Program-made: the position numbers and the translations under genes
Assembly (NCBI GenBank): GCA_003144275.1
Contig: NJBF01000099.1
Span: forward strand, 1 to 5,585
Source of the DNA: Candidatus Heimdallarchaeota archaeon B3_Heim
GTDB lineage: Archaea; Asgardarchaeota; Heimdallarchaeia; Hodarchaeales; Hodarchaeaceae
DNA length: 5,585 bases
Reading direction: 5' to 3'
Part shown: positions 1-5,585 of the stretch, piece after piece
How the letters are laid out: every line of letters begins with the position of its first letter
How positions within the stretch are numbered: position 1 is the first letter of the stretch
Notes under the pieces: model-generated
Told to the model about the DNA's origin: nothing
Seen by the model: only the letters and a program-made list of their open reading frames with translations
The model's database searches: none

Positions 1-846
1 CATAGAAAATGAATATTCTATATCGAAGTTTTTACTCATCCTTTTTTCTAAATATTCTTTTATAACATTCCATTCCTCAAATCCCATACAATCAAAACAA
101 ATTAGGGCATTCTTTTCGTCTGGATTGCCGAAGACAATACCCAACATATTAGAATTGATTAAAGAATTGGTGGAGTATATCAGATCCTCATAATAATTTT
201 GAACATACTCTATGAATTTGGTATTCAGGTCTGACTCTATTTTTTCAACATCAATGTTTAGGTCATTGCCGTGCACAAGATACATTAGTTCTCCAAAGGC
301 TTGTGACACAGAACCACATGTATTACAGTTGGTCAACGGCTTTTTTATTAGTTCATTCAATGACTCTATTAATTCTAAGGCCTTTTTCTTCTCTTTAATC
401 GTCTCCGATGATAATATCCTATCTATGAAAACGCTGGTTTCTGATTCTGATAGTCGATCATATCTATCTTTTTCGAACTCAAGGTATTCTGTATAGATTT
501 CTTGGTAGTAATCAAAGGAGTGACTAAGTAATACTTCCTTATCAAGTAGTGGAAACATAGCATTAGTATCAACTTCAATTGTTGCATGGATTGATAATAG
601 GTCGAACGGAATATCTTTTTTATCACGGAATATGATTAATGTTTTTCGATTCTTCTCTCTGAGCATCCTTCTTAATTTTAGTTCATTCTTATACGCTACT
701 ATTGTCGTGAATTTTTTGCCAAGACTCTCTCTTGCCCTAGAAAAATCAGTTAGGTTTGCAGGGTCTACAATGAACAAAAGATCAGTCTTTGCCGTGGATA
801 CAGAGTCTATTATTTTGTCATACCACATCTTTGCCATAAGAGTCAT
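1..846 (-). CDS. pglZ: PglZ-domain protein (alkaline phosphatase superfamily, BREX PglZ); 3'-truncated by the window edge and absent from the ORF track
   Basis: My translation from the ATG at 846 (alternatives 837 and 828) to base 1 has no stop over 282 codons: MTLMAKMWYDKIIDSVSTAKTDLLFIVDPANL...IPFDLL...AMFPLLDKEVL...AFGELMYL...LNTKFIEYVQNYYEDL...KNALICFDCMGFEEWNVIKEYLEKRMSKNFDIEYSFSM. The N-terminal W...I...VDP..L and PFDLL...FP.LD..VL segments, and the hhhhD(G/C)M...W..I..YL strand-helix, resemble BREX-3 PglZ proteins. The ATG overlaps the helicase stop as ATGA. Confidence 0.85.
   Translation of the reverse strand, partial: MTLMAKMWYDKIIDSVSTAKTDLLFIVDPANLTDFSRARESLGKKFTTIVAYKNELKLRRMLREKNRKTLIIFRDKKDIPFDLLSIHATIEVDTNAMFPLLDKEVLLSHSFDYYQEIYTEYLEFEKDRYDRLSESETSVFIDRILSSETIKEKKKALELIESLNELIKKPLTNCNTCGSVSQAFGELMYLVHGNDLNIDVEKIESDLNTKFIEYVQNYYEDLIYSTNSLINSNMLGIVFGNPDEKNALICFDCMGFEEWNVIKEYLEKRMSKNFDIEYSFSM
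843..846 (-). promoter_or_regulatory. ATGA start/stop overlap coupling the helicase to pglZ
   Basis: The + strand reads TCAT at 843-846, which is ATGA on the minus strand. The TGA ends the helicase and the ATG opens the PglZ frame. Confidence 0.7.
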
Positions 847-3710
847 CTAAATATTATTTCTGCAATCTGAATACAGTCAAGTTCTGGAAATAGATGGGAT
901 TGTTTCTTCAATTCAGTTAATTCTTGTGCCTTCTCTTTTCTCAATTCATTCCGTTTGCCCTCTCGGATATTATCTATCTTTATCCGTCCGACCGCTTTTG
1001 CTTTCTGTCTGTAATATTTCTCCAATTTTTCTTTATCCATATTTGTTTTCATGCCCCAATCTTGCTCCATTTCCCAAAATATATTTTCTGCCATTTTTTC
1101 AGCAACAGCTAATGCTTGATGGTAATAATCATCTATATTACAATCTACTTTCTTGTTACATTCTTCCAAACTAAGATTATCCGTATTTCTTAGATATTCA
1201 GATAAACGGCGATTATACTTCAGATTATTGTTAATGAATATTGGGATTAAATACTGCCGATATATATTGAAGCTATTTGAAATCGTAAATAACCAATTAA
1301 ATAATACACCAACAGTGCCATGAAACTTGTTTTCGTCTATATATAAATGAGAGGCCCTACCTTTGTTTTTACTTAATGCAATCGCTTCCTTGATAAAGGG
1401 GTGTTTAATACAAAATAGTTCTGCGTCTTCAATATCTAAACCTATACTTTGATCGAATATTATCTTTGAATAACGATTCCGTAGGGTATCTGTTCTAAAA
1501 TCATTTCTGAAATAAAAAAGGGCCGGATTGTCTTTGTATTCATTGAATTCCAGACCTCTATTCTTGAGAAATAATTCTGAAAATATTCGATTCTTTTTTG
1601 AAATATTTCTGATATCTTCAACCTCAAAATCCTTGACCTTTTCCATATCCGTAAATGGTATAAGAATCTCATCGTTTTCCAATATCTCTTTAGCTTTTCG
1701 ATAGATATTATCTGAAATATTTTCAAGAGAATGGTCATTATATCTATTCTTTGCGATATATTCGACATATAATCTATCAAAATTGAATTCCTCATTCAAT
1801 GTAGATAAGATATCATGTAGTTTATCTTCTCCAAATTGGTCTTTTATAAGCTGTAATTTGTACTCTATTTTCTCTCGCACATATTCTTCTATAGTATCTT
1901 CCAGAATGAAATTTATGGCAATTACATCTTTATCCTGACCGATCCTGTCAACTCTTCCAATCCTCTGTTCTATTTTCATTGGATTCCAGGGTAGATCGTA
2001 GTTTATTATTACATAACAGAATTGTAAATTGATGCCTTCGCCGCCGGCATCAGTGGAAACAAGTATTTGTGCCTTATCTCTAAAGCGTTGCTTTTGTAGA
2101 ATCCTACCGGATAGACTAAGTTTTCCGTTGATAAATGCCATCTTGTATCCTATCTTTTCGAGTGATTCTATAATGTACCTTTGTGTTTCAATGAATTCTG
2201 TAAAGATCAAAATCTTGATGTTCTTATCATTTATCTTCTTTTTTAGATCATCAATTATCTCTATTAGTTTTCGCAATTTGGCATCATTCCTTCCGATAAG
2301 CGCCTTTTTAGCAAGTTCAATGCAATTTGAAACTATTTTAATCTCTTTTCTTACAAGATCTGGGTTGTTTAATATTGGCACAATTTTCTCCACAAATTCT
2401 AACTGTTTTTCACCCGGGATCTCACTAAAGTCATCCAATAAAGATTCACTTATTTTCTTGGCTTTATGAGTCAATGACTTTAGTGTTTTCAATCGTTTTC
2501 CAAGCGATTTAAGTATTGCCTTTGAACTACTGGCAACTATTCTCTCATACAGCATGAGCAAGAAGATCAAGATATTGTTTTTTTCCTTTTGAGCATAATT
2601 ATAGTATTCAATGATATATTCAACAATAGCATGGTAGAGCTTTATTTCGGGTTCATCAACCCCTTCATCCCATTTTATTTTGCAAAGCGTGGTTACCCTT
2701 TTTTTGAAAAGTCTATTACCATTAAAATCTATGCAGGCTCTCTTTTTGTTTCTTACGGTCATCTTATTGATGTTCTCGGGTTTAACATCCTCTAATTTGT
2801 TGAAGCGGTAAGGATCGACAAGACTAAGTAAATTTTTGAAAACATAAGGCTCACCACGGTGAGGGGTCGCAGTCAGGATTAAAAATACGGGTACGCCATC
2901 AGATAGACTATTGCCTAATTTAAACCGAGCCGTTTCCTCACCAGTCTTGTATTTTGATAATTTATGTGCCTCATCTATAATGACCATATCCCAGTTTGCA
3001 TTAACACAATCTTTAAACACGTATTTATTGTGTTCTTGCCGTCTTTTTAGTTCATATTCTAATAAATCGTTGTGCATTTTCTTTGGTTTCAAAAAATCAA
3101 TTGAGGTTATTACCTGGTCAAATTTTAACCAACAGTTGGTTTCCTGACCGTATAGCTGTTTGAAGGATTTAAATGTCTCCCCATCAAATATGGAAAAATT
3201 TTCTGAGAATTTCAATTTCAGTTCATCTTTCCACTGATTGATTAATCCAGCCGGTGTTATTATGAGGACTCGTTTCACAATATTTCTCAGTTTTAGCTCC
3301 TCCATTATCAATGCAGCTTCAATCGTTTTACCGAGTCCAACCTCGTCAGCCAAAAGGCAGCGCGGTCTGAATTGGTTCATAACAAAGTCGAGTGTTAGTA
3401 GTTGATGAGGCAGGGATTTGATTTTGAAATTAGCTGGTGATAATGGCTTCTCGCTTGATGCCATTACTTCGATCGTATGCGCTATAGAACTTAATTTAAA
3501 TTCTATGGACGAAGAAAAAATATTGGATTTGAAAAGGTTAATAGGACTATCAATCGGTCTTAAATCATCTAACTCAATCTCAACAATTTTTCCTGCACTC
3601 CCAAAAAATACCTTGCAGAATTCCTTGTCAAACATTTTATTTTTTGAAATAATAGTGCCAGGACCATATTCTGCATATAGCTCACTCACCACTTTTTCAT
3701 CTATCTCCAT
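843..3710 (-). CDS. brxHII: SNF2/RapA-like superfamily 2 helicase/ATPase, BrxHII-like, 955 aa
   Basis: All SF2/SNF2 motifs are present: PHQ (Q motif), I LLADEVGLGKT (~3325-3357), Ia LIITPAGLINQWKDEL, II VIIDEAH (DEAH 2964-2975), III LTATPHRG, IV KILIFTEF, V LVSTDAGGEGINLQ and VI YDLPWNPMKIEQRIGRVDRIGQ. The SNF2 call is near certain. The name brxHII comes from its position between a methylase and PglZ. Confidence 0.9.
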   Translation of the reverse strand: MEIDEKVVSELYAEYGPGTIISKNKMFDKEFCKVFFGSAGKIVEIELDDLRPIDSPINLFKSNIFSSSIEFKLSSIAHTIEVMASSEKPLSPANFKIKSLPHQLLTLDFVMNQFRPRCLLADEVGLGKTIEAALIMEELKLRNIVKRVLIITPAGLINQWKDELKLKFSENFSIFDGETFKSFKQLYGQETNCWLKFDQVITSIDFLKPKKMHNDLLEYELKRRQEHNKYVFKDCVNANWDMVIIDEAHKLSKYKTGEETARFKLGNSLSDGVPVFLILTATPHRGEPYVFKNLLSLVDPYRFNKLEDVKPENINKMTVRNKKRACIDFNGNRLFKKRVTTLCKIKWDEGVDEPEIKLYHAIVEYIIEYYNYAQKEKNNILIFLLMLYERIVASSSKAILKSLGKRLKTLKSLTHKAKKISESLLDDFSEIPGEKQLEFVEKIVPILNNPDLVRKEIKIVSNCIELAKKALIGRNDAKLRKLIEIIDDLKKKINDKNIKILIFTEFIETQRYIIESLEKIGYKMAFINGKLSLSGRILQKQRFRDKAQILVSTDAGGEGINLQFCYVIINYDLPWNPMKIEQRIGRVDRIGQDKDVIAINFILEDTIEEYVREKIEYKLQLIKDQFGEDKLHDILSTLNEEFNFDRLYVEYIAKNRYNDHSLENISDNIYRKAKEILENDEILIPFTDMEKVKDFEVEDIRNISKKNRIFSELFLKNRGLEFNEYKDNPALFYFRNDFRTDTLRNRYSKIIFDQSIGLDIEDAELFCIKHPFIKEAIALSKNKGRASHLYIDENKFHGTVGVLFNWLFTISNSFNIYRQYLIPIFINNNLKYNRRLSEYLRNTDNLSLEECNKKVDCNIDDYYHQALAVAEKMAENIFWEMEQDWGMKTNMDKEKLEKYYRQKAKAVGRIKIDNIREGKRNELRKEKAQELTELKKQSHLFPELDCIQIAEIIFR
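3701..3710 (-). promoter_or_regulatory. 10-nt gene overlap (ATGGAGATAG) between methylase end and helicase start; likely translational coupling
   Basis: The helicase ATG (3710-3708) lies upstream of the methylase stop TAG (3703-3701). I see no clear Shine-Dalgarno upstream of the ATG. Confidence 0.6.
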
Positions 3711-5585
3711 AATAGAAACTCGCTATCAATAGTCCTCTGTTTTTTCTCTTCGCCAGATGTCTTGATTCTTGCGATATCAACAAAGTCCATGATATCTCCG
3801 CTTGCTTCAAGTGTACTGGCATATAGTCTACTTGCTACGGTGAGAATATCTTGGTATCTACCTTCCTGATAGCATTTAGTAAATCCGTATATCAACGCTT
3901 CCCTACGTACGTTCCTTATCCTTCCTTTCTGCTCCATCGCCTGTTTCAATAAGTTCTGGAATGTTCTGTTAAGCTCTCTTTCTCGGTTTTTATTAATATC
4001 TTCTCTCTCTTCTCGGCTGATAGGTCGTCTATACTTTCCATTCTCCACTATGAAATTATTATCCAGCAATTCCTTAAGTTCGGGAATGTTATCATCCGTA
4101 GTGGTGGCAACCTGCTGATAGGCAGTATATATTTCGCCATATTTCCTTGGCTGGTGCAAGAAATTATATAACCAGGCCAAAGCGGATTTCTCATCTGAGA
4201 CGAATAGAACTTGCTGTCCTTTCAAAACATCTTTTATCTGCTCAAGGCTAAGTCCACTCTTCCATTTATTATATTCTTTAACCTGACTATCAAGGAACCA
4301 ATATCCATCGAGTTCCACCAAATTATCTGAGAGTAGTTTATAGAAATTTGTAGAGTCGTATTTGATTTTAAAGCCGTTTTCAACATAGTGGGCAAGCATT
4401 TTAGAGTAGAGCATCTTTTCGGTCCTTTCTATATTTTGTTTTGCCGGAAGATGCTCTAATTGTTGTATAACGAAATCAATTTCCATGCCTTCACCGGCAT
4501 TTTTAAGAAATTGTTCGGAAAATTCTCTTTTAGGTTTATAGGCATTAATTATGAGATCATTCTTCACTGCACCGGCAGAGGTGACTTGTTTGAAACTCCC
4601 TTGTTTTTTGTCTAATACAGTAACCTGACAGATGATAAAACCTGCTCGATTCATAGCCTCTTGTATAGAATTCCACACAGATGCTTGAGTATTATGAAAC
4701 TCTACGGTGATCCACCTATTAGGTTTTAGTATTCGACACATCTCTTTGAAACTTGAACTCATTAAATTTGTGTATTCAGTTAGATCCTTGTTTTGATAGT
4801 CATTTATAATTGCTTCGTGTTCATTATTAGTAAAAACCTTAAACCAAGATTCCCAAATAAATGATAGTTCAGAGTACATCAAATTAGCTCCAAAAGGAGG
4901 ATCTGTAAAAATATAGTCAACGGAATTATCTGGTATGTTTTTAAGATTTGTCGCACTCTGAGTAGATATAATTGTCTTTCCTTGAAATTCTAGATCAGAG
5001 AATGCTCTGATAAATTTATCAAACCGATTTTTGAATGAGAATGCAGGACGTTTTTCCACAGAGAAACTTGGGATATATAATGTACCTCTTAATCCTGTTA
5101 GAAATGGACCGCCTCCACCATGAAGATAATTTGATGTACTAACTCTAGCCATTTTAGAAGTTCCATTCAGTATTGCAACAAATAATGAATAGTAGATCTT
5201 TCTAATCCTCATGTCTTCAATAGATCTGATCTTGCTGAAAATTGAGGATAACACCCAGAGATTTCTTCTAGTATAGAATTCAAAAGTTTTTTCTATTCCA
5301 TGAGATTTCTTAGGTTGTCCAGTATTATAACCTTCAGGAAGAGCAAATTCCGGAAACCAATAGGGTATTTCCAATTCCTCGATCTTTTTTATCAATTCTA
5401 AATCGTCAGTATCTGGTTTTTTGTTATATCTCTTCAGTCTATGTTTGTAGATAATTGCAGTAGGCATTTGGACTGTTCTATTCTTACCGTTTTTCTTTCT
5501 TTCCAAATCATTCTTTTGTAGTTGTGAATTGCAATATGGACATTTAAAAGGATCAATGACCTCTTTATGGGTAACATCTATTGTT
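3701..5585 (-). CDS. pglXI: DNA amino-methyltransferase (probably N6-adenine), PglXI-like BREX type 3 methylase; 5'-truncated by the window edge
   Basis: The track's start at 5506 is a TTG inside a longer open frame. My translation of 5584 to 5507 gives TIDVTHKEVIDPFKCPYCNSQLQKND with no stop, so the true start is outside the window. The catalytic motif IV SVDYIFTDPPFG has DPPF at 4892-4903. It is followed by LMYSEL..WE.W, LKPNRWITVEFHN and VLDKKQGSFKQ, which I recognise from PglXI-type methylases. No FxGxG SAM-binding motif is visible, so it is presumably in the missing N-terminus. The stop TAG is at 3701-3703. The gene symbol depends on the gene context. Confidence 0.85.
   Translation of the reverse strand, partial: TIDVTHKEVIDPFKCPYCNSQLQKNDLERKKNGKNRTVQMPTAIIYKHRLKRYNKKPDTDDLELIKKIEELEIPYWFPEFALPEGYNTGQPKKSHGIEKTFEFYTRRNLWVLSSIFSKIRSIEDMRIRKIYYSLFVAILNGTSKMARVSTSNYLHGGGGPFLTGLRGTLYIPSFSVEKRPAFSFKNRFDKFIRAFSDLEFQGKTIISTQSATNLKNIPDNSVDYIFTDPPFGANLMYSELSFIWESWFKVFTNNEHEAIINDYQNKDLTEYTNLMSSSFKEMCRILKPNRWITVEFHNTQASVWNSIQEAMNRAGFIICQVTVLDKKQGSFKQVTSAGAVKNDLIINAYKPKREFSEQFLKNAGEGMEIDFVIQQLEHLPAKQNIERTEKMLYSKMLAHYVENGFKIKYDSTNFYKLLSDNLVELDGYWFLDSQVKEYNKWKSGLSLEQIKDVLKGQQVLFVSDEKSALAWLYNFLHQPRKYGEIYTAYQQVATTTDDNIPELKELLDNNFIVENGKYRRPISREEREDINKNRERELNRTFQNLLKQAMEQKGRIRNVRREALIYGFTKCYQEGRYQDILTVASRLYASTLEASGDIMDFVDIARIKTSGEEKKQRTIDSEFLLWR
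5531..5542 (-). other. CPYC zinc-knuckle half-site within the methylase
   Basis: Codons at 5542 to 5531 read TGT CCA TAT TGC (C-P-Y-C) in the context FKCPYCNSQLQKNDLER. A partner CxxC would be expected upstream, outside the window. Confidence 0.6.

Larger units (their letters stand above)
1..5585 (-). other. Part of a BREX type 3-like defence operon (pglXI-brxHII-pglZ)
   Basis: Three co-oriented, overlapping genes whose families and order match the described type 3 layout brxF-brxC/pglY-pglXI-brxHII-pglZ-brxA. The flanking genes lie outside the window. Confidence 0.75.

Noticed and set aside
212-496. + strand 94-aa ORF
   Set aside because: It is an antisense shadow of pglZ in the mirror frame, with Ser/Phe-rich composition and no motifs.
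423-626. - strand 67-aa ORF
   Set aside because: It is an alternative frame inside the longer, motif-bearing PglZ frame.
632-850. + strand 72-aa ORF
   Set aside because: It is an antisense shadow of the pglZ 5' end.
924-1174. Two hydrophobic + strand ORFs (62 and 82 aa) that look like small membrane proteins
   Set aside because: The Phe/Leu/Ser richness is the expected reverse complement of the Lys/Glu-rich (AAA/GAA) helicase tail.
1460-1795. - strand 111-aa ORF
   Set aside because: It is nested out of frame in the intact helicase. There is no sign of a frameshift and no recognisable domain.
2029-3732. + strand ORFs 2029-2469, 2589-2795, 2911-3147 and 3418-3732
   Set aside because: All are antisense to the conserved SNF2 core and are best explained by the codon bias of the real gene.
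3973-4016. Short imperfect direct repeat (CTCTCTTTCTCGG / CTCTCTTCTCGG)
   Set aside because: It is a by-product of Arg/Glu codons in SREERE...NRERE and is too short and irregular to be a functional repeat or phase-variable tract.
1-5585. Alternative calls: DISARM (DrmD + DrmMI), type III R-M (Mod/Res), or type 1/5 BREX
   Set aside because: The PglZ-like third gene argues against DISARM and type III R-M. The helicase is SNF2-like with no C-terminal nuclease motif. The methylase looks PglXI-like rather than PglX-like. The flanks are needed for a final call.
1-5585. CRISPR arrays, tRNA/rRNA genes, IS ends, promoters and terminators
   Set aside because: None were seen. The window is entirely occupied by overlapping CDSs.

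Overview
The window is fully coding, with three overlapping minus-strand genes in one operon and no intergenic DNA. In transcription order: (1) a large amino-methyltransferase whose 5' end lies beyond the right edge. The frame is open past the TTG 'start' at 5506 and contains a CPYC zinc knuckle, a DPPF catalytic motif and a long C-terminal extension. (2) A complete 955-aa SNF2/RapA-like SF2 helicase/ATPase. (3) A gene missing from the ORF track (846 to <1, at least 282 aa, no stop in the window) with PglZ-like sequence reaching the first metal-binding motif (ALICFDCMG) of the PglZ alkaline-phosphatase-superfamily domain. The order methylase - SNF2 helicase - PglZ matches the pglXI-brxHII-pglZ core of a type 3 BREX anti-phage system. 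This is most likely a known but little-characterised defence system rather than a new one. Details worth checking are the compact Cys-rich PglZ, a GC step inside the methylase and a PCNA-clamp-like C-terminal motif on the methylase. All family assignments come from motif recognition by eye; no database search was run.
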